DNA of 64,000 nucleotides from the human T2T-CHM13v2.0 reference genome, Homo sapiens, in NCBI RefSeq assembly GCF_009914755.1, contig NC_060929.1, one strand, 5' to 3'. The stretch's first letter is position 1; every line of letters begins with the position of its first letter. Shown one piece after another: positions 1 through 12,748 of this stretch. Below the pieces are notes generated by a model. The model made no database searches and was not told where the DNA came from. It saw only the letters and a program-made list of their open reading frames with translations. The position numbers and the translations under genes are program-made.

Positions 1-369
1 GTGAGCGGAGGAGGTGGGTATGAAAGATGGTGAGGGCAAATCAGGCAGGAGGTGTCTCAGAAATGACGCCAGGGCCTGGGGAACACTCTGGATCCCCAGA
101 CCCTGAGATCCCAGATCTGCAGTCTCTCTCCAGCTCCCCTTCCTATCCCTCATTGCTCCTCTAACACAGTGGACCTGGGGCTCAGATCCAGCCCTCCCCT
201 CTCCCCCTTCCAGCCCTGCCTGGGCGATCTTGCGGGGAATGGAGGGAGCAGGGCGGCAGGAGGTAGGCAGTGAAGGCCTGGCTGAGAGCGGTGGCTGGCG
301 AAACGTCTGCCTGACCCGACTGAAAAGAGGATCCCTGCCTTTGAGCAGAACCTTGTCTGACCGAATGAA

Positions 370-1450
370 AACTCCCACGGCCATTCTTTGCTATAAAAGC
401 CGCTCATTTGCCACGGGTTGGAGAGGCCATTCCCCCACCCCCACTCCGTCTCCACTGTTGGGTTTGAAATAAGCATAAACCTCATTTATAAAAGAACCCA
501 CGTCACACACACCCTCCCCGAAATCACAGGGCCTGGTTGGTGAAGTTGACTGTGTCTGTTCCTCTCTCTCCTTCCATTTTTGTAAGCAAAAATGTTTTCC
601 ACCCCGCATTGGTGATGCTGCAGGCTTCTTTAACAAAATAAAGTGGTCACAGCAACAAGGAAAAGCCCTCGGTCAACTCCCGGACCCCTTTACCCGCTCT
701 CCCACCCCCAGCCACCCTCTCACCTCCTCCCTCCTACAAACTAAATAAAAAGCAGTAAAATTACTTTCCAGAATAGCCCGCTTCAAAGCAGAACAGAGGA
801 CCCGGCTGCAGGAATCCTGAGTCTTGCCCTGATAAGGTTCATAATAATCAAATCCAAACTCCATCCACCTCCCTTGACTCTTTCCAACCTCCTCCGGACC
901 TCTCTGCATTTGTTGATGAAAACACTTTGATGTCCTGAGTCCTCCAAACAATTATTATTATAATTTTAAACAACCTGGTATTTTCCATTACTAACGGCTG
1001 AGGCTTTGAAGTTACACCTCATAATTTCCTAAATTAAATAAATCATTTTAAGTTTGCACTGGGAGGCTTTTAATAGCAGAGAAAGGAATATCATTATCTT
1101 ATTGAGACCCAATTGTGGTGGCTCCAGTTTGGCTGTAGCTGGGGGCAAAGTAGGCTCACTCTAACAGACATACTTTATTAACCTCCCATAACTCTTGAAA
1201 GAGCATTTTTATATTTTCTTTGATTTCCCCCCTCCCTATCTTGTTTTAATGCTGTCCCAACCTTTAATTAGTGCCTAATATGAAAAGCATTATTTTTTTA
1301 ATGCTATGTAATTTACCAGCGGCAACAGGCCAACTTAACAATTGTTTATTAGACTTGGTTTTTCACACAGGGCAAAGAATGCCGCTCCAAACCCAACTTT
1401 TCATGGGTGGTTGCACTAATTAATACAGTGTCTGAGACTCCTAGGGGGTT
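370..1450. promoter_or_regulatory. Candidate developmental enhancer block (TCF/LEF, SOX, homeodomain motifs)
   Basis: Non-repetitive AT-rich sequence. TCF/LEF CTTTGAW at 782-788 (reverse), 925-931, 1004-1010 and 1218-1224. SOX-type palindrome AACAATTGTT at 1337-1346. Many TAAT/TTTAT cores. Function is inferred. Confidence 0.5.
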
Positions 1451-1914
1451 TTTTAATATTGAAGCCTATGGGGGCGGAAGGGGGTTTTAGAAGTCCAGCT
1501 CCTGCCGACGAAGTTCTCCCTCTGATTTCTTTCATGCTGTTTTGATCCTGTCTGTGGAGTCAGCACAGACAGAAACTGTTCCCTGGCTCCGAAGACTCCA
1601 GGATCCCGAGGCAACAGCCCCGGGAACCCCCAGCACCTCCACTTGTGAATTATGTCTAGCGGCCTAGGCTTGGGGTACAGAGAGCCCAAGGCTCACCCCA
1701 GACTTGGATGTGGGGGTTCCCCTCCTCCTGCCTGGAGGGGGAAGGAGCTGGCTTGATGGCTTGGGCTGGGAAGGAGTCAGGCTCTTGGGGGCAAATGCCA
1801 GGTCTCCCAGGCACCAGGCAGCGCTTGGCTCTGGGCACAGAATTTGCTGAAATTGAGTCAGGGACAGGGATGGGGTGGGGGAAGGCTAGGGGAGGACCCA
1901 GGCTAGCTTCCTTC

Positions 1915-2312
1915 CTGTCTTTTCTTCCTCTGACTTTTCGGCTCAATTTTCCTCATTCTTTTGTCTCTCATTTTCCTTTCTCATCTTTTGCGCTCCCTCC
2001 TTTTCACCTCTTTCTCTTCCTTTTTTCTTTTTTGCTGTCCCGCTTTTATTACCTTTCCTCCACCTTTCATTCTTTCTCCTGTCTGTCGCACTCTGTACCT
2101 TTCTAATTTTTACCTCTATCTTCTTATTGTCGGTAACTTCTTTTCAAGTTATCATTTTTAATTCTCTTTTCCCTCTCTTCCCCCACCGCCTTCTTTGCCT
2201 GTCACTTTGCTCCTCCATGGCATCTCTCAATTTTTTTTGTTTTCTAATTGATTCTCATTCCCACCGTCTCCTATTTCCCCCCTTCTCTTCTCTTTTCCAT
2301 TCTCTCTTCCCC
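1915..2312. repeat. CT-rich low-complexity tract
   Basis: Strong C/T skew on the + strand, giving F/S/L-rich spurious ORFs. Confidence 0.8.
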
Positions 2313-2319
2313 TGTTCCA

Positions 2320-2870
2320 GCGATTTCGTGGCGGATTCTGGGAGCCCAGCCCAGTGCGCCAGGAGCGGTGCGCCCAGCGCAGGGGGCTCCTAGTCACCTC
2401 GACCCTTCCGGCGCCCTTCCCTCCTTAGCTGCACCTGGCAAGCCAGCAAGGGAGTGACCCTTGCGCAGGAAGGGGGCGCGTCACCCGGTTTCCCCATAGA
2501 ACCGTGGGCGTCGCAGGCGAGAAGGGAAGCGTCCAGGCGCTCGGCCCCTTCCGCCCCGCCCGCTGCCGGCCGCCCGTTTGATGTCGCGGGCCCGGCAGGA
2601 ATGCGGCCGGGTTATCAATCACCCAGCTGGATCCCGAAGGTCTCTGCCTAATCACATTTAATTGCTCGTGGAGGCCCACTCTCGCCCCGGGCCGGCCGCC
2701 GCGCTCAATTACTCCCCAAATACCTGCCATCAATAAATACGCACTGACACCGGCCCGGCCCGCTCCACCGGCACGGAAGATCGCAGCCGACCAGGCGCCC
2801 TCCTCCCTGTCCCTTGTCCCCCATCATTAAACTTACACCTCGACGCCCAAAGAAGCAAGCCGAGCAGATA
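2320..2870. promoter_or_regulatory. Orphan CpG island with embedded homeodomain motifs
   Basis: High GC and CpG density. AT-rich inserts TAATCACATTTAATTG (2649), CAATTA, CCATCAATAAAT (~2727) and CATCATTAA. GGCGCC at 2410 and 2794. Confidence 0.75.
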
Positions 2871-2879
2871 ATAACAGCC

Positions 2880-3960
2880 CCCTGTAACTGAGCGCTTCCC
2901 AAGTGCCAGACACTGTTGCTCGGCGATTTACACCAATCAACTCACGGGTGCTAGTGAGTGCTCGTGGATTTCACCACCGTCCGGGAGATGGTATTACCAT
3001 CTCCTTTGGAGCCAAGGGAACCAGGCTCAGATCATTCATTAATGCGTCCGAGGTGGGGTAGATAGGCAGTGCCCCAACTGGGATGGGACTTTGCAACCCC
3101 GTGATTCCACAGCCCATGGACAAAAGCACGAGGCAATAGTGCCTCCCAGAGGCCAGATATTGACCTGGGGTCCCGGGCACTAAGGTGTGCTGACCAGCAC
3201 CTAAAGCCAGGTGCCTCTTTAATCAGTATTCAGGCAGCATTTTATTAGTTCCTCTCACCAACTTTGTGAAGTAGGCACTCTTAGCCCCATTTTCCGGAAG
3301 TGAGCTAGGGGGAGTTCACCCTCCAACTGAGGCCCAGGCCTCTCTCCAGCCTGAACACTTCCACCACCCCGGGCTGCCCTCCACTCCCCCTCCCCCAGCA
3401 TTCTGCACTCCGTTTTCACTCTATACCTTCCAATCAACCCTGAAATTCAAGAACTATGGTTTCTCCCATTTTCCCAGAGCAGCAAACTGCCTAAGGAGGT
3501 GACACAGCAAGGCAGGAATCACACAGTGGGTGAGCTCAGAGCCCAGAAATCCATGTCAGCCCCAGCCCCAGCTATTTGCATTACGCCATCCTGCTTCTGC
3601 TGAGAGTCTATGCTTTACAAGAGAGCACATCATGTCTACATTTTATGTGGTTTACCATTCATGGGGAGGCAATAATTACACTTCTAAACAAAGATGAAGG
3701 GGGTGAGTGTCATCTGAAGTCAGCCTGTGACTTCCTTTATTTCATACCCTTTCTTAATCCCCTGTATTTTTGTATAAAATATATGCCAGTGTCCAAATAC
3801 TCTCATATTCAGGATCTCATGTGGCCCTCAAAGCAATAGGTGGGGAATTACATTCCCATCTTAAATAAAATAAAAAGGGTGCTCTGAGAGGTGAGGTGAC
3901 TTGCCTAAAGTCACACAGCAAGGAAACAGAGCCAAGCTTGACAGATAGCTGTGCAGCGTC
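2880..3960 (-). mobile_element. Cluster of degraded MIR fragments
   Basis: MIR core-like strings such as cccattttcc...aaactg and gaggtgaggtgacttgcctaaagtcacacagc. Confidence 0.6.
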
Positions 3961-3998
3961 TTTTCACCTGGATGAGGTTAAGTCTTTGATAGACTGGA

Positions 3999-4001
<3 letters not shown>

Positions 4002-4029
<28 letters not shown>
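4002..4029. repeat. (GT)n microsatellite
   Basis: Perfect GT dinucleotide run. Confidence 0.95.
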
Positions 4030-4574
4030 AACCACCAAAGTGTACATTTCCCTGAAAAGGGTTTCTGGGTTGCAGGGTCTGATATAAAAAGCACTATTTT
4101 AGTGGCAAAGCTCTGCCTATTTTTATTTCAGTGCTGAGAATGCTTGATGATGGAAAAACTGACTTTGTAAAGAAATTGTGTATAAGACGCTAAAGTGCCT
4201 CTCGAAATCCCATCACAGAAAATTAGCTGAAAGGTAGTGGTGATGGATAAGGCAGTTATTGATGTGAAATTGCCCAATTTGGGGAAAGTCTGAAGGCTGC
4301 AAGTGTTCATCTCCTCCTCCTTCCCACCGCCTCAGCGGCTCGCCCCGTCTAGTCTTTCCGGTTGGATTTCTCTTTGTTTAGCAATGGGAACAGAGAGGAG
4401 CCAAAAAGACAACGTAGAAAATCCCAGGGGTGGGTGTGGGGAATATGATCTCGACTGAGAATTCCAGGAAAGCAACTGGGCAGTGAAGTCATCGAGAATG
4501 GATGTGGGGTGGGGGCGGGGCAACATGCTTCAGCCTCTGTGCCCTCAAGAGGTGCTGGCACAGGGTAGTGCGAT

Positions 4575-4718
4575 GTAGCCACCGCCTTTGGGACTGACCG
4601 TGCAGATCTAGTAGCCACTGCCTTTGGGACTGACCGTGCAGATCTAGTAGCCACCGCCTTTGGGACTGAGCGTGCAGATCTAGTAGCCACCGCCTTTGGG
4701 ACTGAGCGTGCAGATCTA
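4575..4718. repeat. 36-bp minisatellite, 4 copies
   Basis: Unit GTAGCCACCGCCTTTGGGACTGA(C/G)CGTGCAGATCTA starts at 4575, 4611, 4647 and 4683, head to tail with no spacers. Confidence 0.97.
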
Positions 4719-5584
4719 AATTATTACCAGGTTAGGGGCATCCGTGTCTTGCATAGACACCACTAAGCCACAGCCCACTTTCATGAGAAGGTAAAACTGT
4801 TTTTCCCCCTTACAAAGAGCAGGAAAATGCCAAGGAAATTAGGCCTCAGAAGGAAAGATTTCCAGAGCCTGGGGCTGCTGACATAGTTTTTCAGGGCACT
4901 GATGCCCACATTTTTCTCCACATGCAATCCCTATCTAAGTCTGGGACTAGAACGAGGACCCACAGGCTATTTTTTAAGAATAAGATTAATAAGATGAATG
5001 TGAAATGACACTTTGGGGTCCAAAATGACAATATTAACAACATACAAACTCAACCTTCTTTCTCCTTTAATCAGCAGTAAGTTAATAATTATTATTGCTG
5101 AATTTCAGCACATACCAGTTATCCTGAGTATTGAACCTGTGTTGCCCCAGGACTTTCCTGAAATTCTCAACACAGAATTATTAAAATTCACTATAACTAA
5201 GAAGAAAAAGAAGAGATGTACTGTGCATCTCATTAGATAATAATTGAATTAAATGAGCACTTTCTGTGTGCCAACAAGTCCTTTACATAAGGACTCCATA
5301 ATTTCATTTTAATACACATAGTAGCACAGTCACACATCATCCTCATTTTATAATCAAGGAAACTGAGACCTTGAGAGATTATGTAGCTTGCTCATGGTCT
5401 TGCCACTGGTGAACGACAAAGCTGAGATTTGAGCTATTGACTCTGAAGGAACTCGCTCTCAAAACTGCTGCTGCAGGGCATTCACTGTTTGGGGTTTGTG
5501 TCTCCTATAGGAGCAGAAGCCAGGATGAAAGAAATGGTCTTTGAGTCCCTTGGGTTTCTGAATTGATTTAAATAAGAAGTAGTA

Positions 5585-5924
<340 letters not shown>

Positions 5925-6340
5925 TCAGGCTAATATCGAATCAGAGGCAGAATAATATTGAAGGGCAACACTATAGAATCTTAGGGCAGAAGGGAATTTT
6001 ATTATCATATCATGCAAGAGGTTCAGAGTGAAAGTGACTTGCCCAAAGTCACTTAGCAGTTGTGTGAAAGAACAATATTTCAAAAGAAAAAAAAAAAGAG
6101 AGAGAGAGAGAGCCATATTTCTAGTTCAGTTCAGCTGAGCTAGATAGAACTAGCTCAAATGGCTCTGGAGATTTGATTTCTGAGCAACCTGAAATCCAGT
6201 TCTTCTGTACCTTAAATGTTAAGTAGCTCACTAAGAGAAGCAGCAGGATCAGGAACAGCAGGATGGGAAGTGGGTTTTGGTTTTCAAAAATATCTATCCA
6301 TCCCCTACAGCCACGTCCACATTATACGGATAATATACAC

Positions 6341-6355
<15 letters not shown>

Positions 6356-6372
<17 letters not shown>

Positions 6373-6661
6373 CTGAGACGGAGTCTCGACCTGACACCCA
6401 GGCTGGAGTGCAATGGCGCAATCTCGGCTCACTGCAACCTCCTGCTCCTGGGTCAAGAGATTCTCCTGCCTCAGCCTCCCACCTCCCGAATGGCTGGGAT
6501 TATAGGTGCACGCCACCACGCCTGGCTAGTTTTTTGTATCTTTAGTAGAGACGGGGTTTCTCCATGTTTGCCAGGCTGGTCTCGTACTCCTGACCTCGTG
6601 ATCTGCCCGCCTCGGCCTCCCAAAGTGTTGGGATTACAGGCGTGAGCCACCGCGCCTGGCC
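6356..6661 (-). mobile_element. Alu (AluS-like) with adjacent (TA)n
   Basis: Poly(T) followed by reverse Alu consensus. TA run at 6341-6356. Confidence 0.95.
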
Positions 6662-7761
6662 ATATGTATATTATTTGATTTTATCAAATACATAATATTT
6701 TCTCAAGCTCAGAGTAAAAGTATTTTTAGAAAACATTGCTATTTTTATTAATCTTTTAACATGCCATCAAGATCAAAATAGTATGCTTGCTAGGCAACAA
6801 GACAAATCTCCAACCCCGTCATACTTTCTTCCTAATAGATTGCTCTGGCTATACTCCTCCTTTTATTTTGGTGCTTACACCAAAGAGCACCAAATGATAT
6901 ATCTGAGTTACTGAGTTCAAGTTCAAGCTAGCCACTGATGGCTCTCTACACCTCACTTTAGCATCTGTAAACCAGGGCAGGGATTAGCAGCCAGGAAAGA
7001 GATAGGAAGCCCATTAGGTCAATGTATTTTTCTGTTTCATTCTGAACTGTATCCCTAGTGCTCAGAGCACTGCATGGCCCATAGTAGGTGCTCAGTGAGC
7101 ACAGGGCCCATTCAATGAATGAAGGTGAATGTTTTACCAAGTCATATAACAGTTCTGGGAAAACTAGAGGGCTCTGGGTTTGGCTGACTTTTTAAAGCTT
7201 TGGAAAATGTACAGGTTTGCCATGAGTTAAAACCTTTAAAAAGTTGGTTTGGTTCACAAAACAATAAAAATCATTTGCCTTTGGCAAGATGGGCCAGGTA
7301 GTGTTATGAAGGCAGTTATAAAAATATTCTTGATTTGGTTCAAGTCTCTGATGACTAGTCACAGATGAACATTAAAGAAACTTTCACAGCCTCTACTGGT
7401 GGGTTAGCCAGACTGTATAGAGCCAGTTCAACTTGTCCTTATATTTCACGAGTGAAAAATGTTTAAAACACGGCATTAAATGAAACCCTTCTGAGTTATA
7501 AAATTGTGTAGAGTTAAAACTCTTCTTTAGAGTTTGTTTTACAGTATGGTCCAGTAGTTAATTAATGCACTCTCCAAGAGGGATGCAAGGGGAGAGAGTT
7601 CTGACTCTGATTTACAGCTAGTTTGGAAAGAGAGGGGAATCCTCAGAAAACCTTCTTTTATTGTCTTTAAGGCCTCAGTGTTCTTTTCTGTAACATGGGA
7701 CTCCTGGTTCTTCTTATAGCCCTCAGATGTATGTTCAAAGGCATAATTAAGGCATAGTTAA

Positions 7762-8119
<358 letters not shown>

Positions 8120-8945
8120 CAGTGATAGGGTTTTAAAGCAAAAGAGCACTTGTAGGGATTAGATAGGAAATTTAAAAGTAGTAATTTCAGAATAAAAAGT
8201 GTCATCCATACTAGCCTGAACTGTGTTCAACTCTTAGTATCTCTAGGGGTTGAGGGAAACACATCTTTTTTAAGGACTTAATATGTAGGTCACAGGACCC
8301 AGAGCTGGGGGTACAGTAAACCTTTGTGAAATTTATCTTGATTTTTGAGGTAATTGAAAAGAAATTTGATCATTTCACACATTACTAATTCATACATTGT
8401 AAAAATCTCCCCCAAACTCTGACAGTCTCTCGGCACTTATCAGAACACAGATTTCTAAACCCAGGGCCAGAATGAGGTCTCACGTTACTAGGACTTCATC
8501 ACTTTTCAAAAATATACAGCAGGCCATTTGCTGGTAGGTTATGAAATATGATCATAAATTAAAACTAAATGACTCACATAAAATAAAAGGACAAAGAGCA
8601 CTTTGTGATGCCGAGAGCTCTGGTTTGATTGTGTTAGTTCATTTATTTGGGTATTTAGAGCATTTCAGAACGCCAAGTAACTCCATCTACTCTCAGTTGA
8701 TGGTAGGCACGTGGTACCATTACTGCAAAGCTTTGCCTATAGCCCACTGCAGAACCAATGAGTAAGACCAGACATTTGGACACCTCTTTATAGTTTACAA
8801 TGTTCTGTCACCTACGTTTTTTCTGCGAGGCAGGTAGCATGAAGTAGAGGAGGAAGCAGGCTCACACATTTAGGGATGGGTCACAGGTACTCAGAAGAGG
8901 CGGGACTTCACAGGAAACAGAAAATTTAAGCTAAATGACACGTGA

Positions 8946-9273
<328 letters not shown>

Positions 9274-9354
9274 TTTTTTTTTTTTTTTTAATGAGTTAGG
9301 GGCTAAGAATGTCAGTATATGCGAGAGATTGGTGGAGGAGAGATAATGTGGTAA

Positions 9355-9635
<281 letters not shown>

Positions 9636-9906
9636 TATGCAGCCTTTTGAAGTTAGTCCTGGCAGGTATGTGGTGGGAGGTGTTTGCTGCAATTGCAACT
9701 TTTCTGGTATCATTGGCTTTATATGTGCCCAGTTAATTCATAACCAGCGCCCCCCCCGGCCCGCCCCAACCCCTCCAGGAGAGCAGGCAGATCAGAAAAG
9801 GCAGGAATACCCTCCAACACACTTGGGGCTGCCAGTTGCTCTTTTGCAATTTTTTTTCAGTTCCACTATATTAAAATTGAGGGGAATGGTAGAGGGAAGA
9901 GAGTTA

Positions 9907-10165
9907 GAAAACCAAATGCCACATGTTCTACTTATAAGTGAGAGCTAAGCATTGGGTGCAGCTGGACACAAAGATGGGAACAATGAAGACTGGGGGCTCC
10001 AAAAGTGAGAGGAAGGGAGAGGGAAAAGGTTGAAAAACTGTCTATTGAGTGCAATGTTCACTGCTTGGGCTACGGGATCATTAGAAACCCAAACCTTAGC
10101 ACCATGCAATATACTCACATAACAAACCTGCACACGTGCCCCCGAATCTAAAATTAAAGACAAAG
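9907..10165 (+). mobile_element. L1 3' end fragment (L1PB/old L1PA-like)
   Basis: CATGTTCT..CTTATAAGTG.GAGCTAA and AACAAACCTGCAC..GT.CCCC.GAATCTAAAAT L1 3'UTR motifs. Confidence 0.85.
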
Positions 10166-10225
10166 AAAAGAAGGTTATTTATTGTTAGTCTTTCTCATAT
10201 ATCTCAGTTCTTTTCCCCTTGAGCA

Positions 10226-12748
10226 CTCCCTCCCTTCCTTCCTTCCTCCCTTCCTTCCTTCCTCCCTCCCTCCCTCCCTCCCTCCCTTCCTCCCTCCCTC
10301 CCTCCCTCCCTTCCTCCCTCCCTCCCTTCCTCCTTCCCTCCCTCCCTCCCTCCCTTCCTCCCTTCCTTCTTCCCTCCCTTCCTTCCTCCCTCCCTTCCTC
10401 CTTCCCTCCCTCCCTCCCTTCCTCCTTCCCTCCCTCCCTCCCTCCCTTCCTCCTTCCCTCTCCCTCCCTCCCTCCTTCCTTCCTTCCTCCCTTCCTTCTT
10501 CCCTCCCTCCCTTCCTCCCTCCCTCCCTCCCTCCCTCCCTCCCTTCCTCCCTCCCTCCCTCCCTCCCTTCCTCCCTCCTCCCTCCCTCCCTCCCTCCCTT
10601 CCTCCCTCCCTTCTTCCCTCCCTTCCTCCCTCCCTTCCTCCCTCCCTCCCTCCCTCCCTTCCTCCCTCCCTTCTTCCCTCCCTTCCTCCCTCCCTTCCTC
10701 CCTCCCTCCCTCCCTCCCTCCCTCCCTTCCTCCCTCCCTCCCTCCCTTCCTCCCTCCCTTCCTCCCTTCCTCCCTCCCTCCCTCCCTCCCTTCCTCCCTC
10801 CCTTCTTCCCTCCCTTCCTCCCTCCCTTCCTCCCTCCCTCCCTCCCTTCTTCCCTCCCTCCCTTCCTCCCTCCCTTCCTCCCTCCCTTCCTCCCTCCCTT
10901 CCTCCCTCCCTCACTCCCTCCCTTCCTCCCTCCCTCCCTCCCTTCTTCCCTCCCTTCCTCCCTCCCTTCCTCCCTCCCTCCCTCCCTCCTTCCCTCCCTT
11001 CCTCCCTCCCTCCCTTCCTCCCTCCCTTCCTCCCTCCCTCCCTCCCTTCTTCCCTCCCTTCCTCCCTTCCTCCCTTCCTCCCTCCCTTCCTCCCTCCCTC
11101 CCTCCCTCCCTTCCTCCCTCCCTTCCTCCCTTCCTTCTTCCCTCCCTTCCTCCCTCCCTTCCTCCCTCCCTCCCTCCCTCCCTTCCTCCCTCCCTCCCTC
11201 CCTTCTTCCCTCCCTTCCTCCCTCCCTTCCTCCCTCCCTCCCTTCCTCCCTCCCTTCCTCCCTCCCTCCCTTCCTCCCTCCCTTCCTCCCTCCCTTCCTC
11301 CCTCCCTTCTTCCCTCCCTTCCTCCCTCCCTCCCTTCCTCCCTTCCTTCTTCCCTCCCTTCCTCCCTCCCTTCCTCCTCCCTCCCTCCCTCCCTCCCTCC
11401 CTTCTTCCCTCCCTTCCTCCCTCCCTTCCTCCCTCCCTCCCTTCTTCCCTCCCTTCTTCCCTCCCTTCCTCCCTCCCTCCCTTCCTCCCTCCCTTCCTCC
11501 CTCCCTTCTTCCCTCCCTTCCTCCCTCCCTCCCTTCCTCCCTCCCTTCCTCCCTCCCTTCCTCCCTTCCTCCCTTCCTCCCTCCCTTCCTCCCTTCCTCC
11601 CTCCCTCCCTCCCTCCCTTCTTCCCTCCCTTCCTCCCTCCCTCCCTCCCTCCCTTCCTCCCTCCCTCCTTCCCTCCCTTCCTCCCTCCCTTCCTCCCTCC
11701 CTCCCTCCCTTCTTCCCTCCCTTCCTCCCTCCCTCCCTCCCTCCCTTCCTCCCTCCCTTCTTCCCTCCCTTCCTCCCTCCCTCCCTTCCTCCCTCCCTTC
11801 CTCCCTCCCTTCCTCCCTCCCTTCCTCCCTCCCTCCCTTCCTCCCTCCCTCCCTTCCTTCTTCCCTCCCTCCCTCCCTCCCTTCCTCCCTCCCTCCCTCC
11901 CTCCCTTCCTCCCTCCCTCCCTCCCTTCTTCCCTCCCTCCCTCCCTTCCTCCCTCCCTCCCTCCCTTCCTCCCTCCCTTCCTCCCTTCCTCCCTCCCTCC
12001 CTCCCTCCCTTCCTCCCTCCCTTCTTCCCTCCCTTCCTCCCTCCCTTCCTCCCTCCCTCCCTCCCTTCTTCCCTCCCTCCCTTCCTCCCTCCCTTCCTCC
12101 CTCCCTTCCTCCCTCCCTTCCTCCCTCCCTTCCTCCCTCCCTCACTCCCTCCCTCCCTCCCTTCCTCCCTCCCTTCCTCCCTCCCTTCCTCCCTCCCTCC
12201 CTTCCTCCCTCCCTTCCTCCCTCCCTCCCTCCCTTCTTCCCTCCCTTCCTCCCTTCCTCCCTCCCTCCCTCCCTCCCTCCCTTCCTCCCTCCCTCCCTCC
12301 CTTCCTCCCTCCCTCCCTCCCTTCTTCCCTCCCTTCCTCCCTCCCTCCCTCCCTCCCTTCCTCCCTCCCTCCCTCCCTTCCTCCCTCCCTCCCTCCCTTC
12401 CTCCCTCCCTCCCTTCCTTCTTCCCTCCCTCCCTCCCTTCCTCCCTCCCTTCCTCCCTCCCTCCCTCCCTCCCTTCCTCCCTCCCTCCCTCCCTTCCTCC
12501 CTCCCTTCCTTCCCCTTCCTCCCTTCCTCCCTCCCTTCCTCCCTCCCTCCCTTCCTTCCTTCCTTCCTCCCTTCCTTCCTCCCTTCCTTCCTCCCTCCCT
12601 TCCTCCCTCCCTCCCTCCCTTCCTCCCTCCCTTCCTCCCTCCCTCCCTCCCTCCTTCCCTTCCTCCCTCCCTCCCTTCCTTCCCCTTCCTTCCTTCCTTC
12701 CTTCCTTCCTTCCTTTCTCCATCCCTCCCTCCCTCCCACCTCCCTCCC
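10226..12748. repeat. ~2.5 kb (CCCT/CCTT)n polypyrimidine-polypurine tract
   Basis: No G on the + strand. A only at 10913, 12144 and near the right end. Recurrent 12-mer CCTCCCTCCCTT. Confidence 0.98.

Noticed and set aside
392-399. TATAAAAG box
   Set aside because: No supporting downstream exon or ORF. It may equally be a CDX/HOX-type site in the enhancer block.
4575-4718. 36-bp repeats resembling CRISPR direct repeats, and the 113-aa repeat ORF
   Set aside because: Units are contiguous with no spacers, there are no cas genes, and the context is primate. The ORF arises because the unit length is a multiple of 3.
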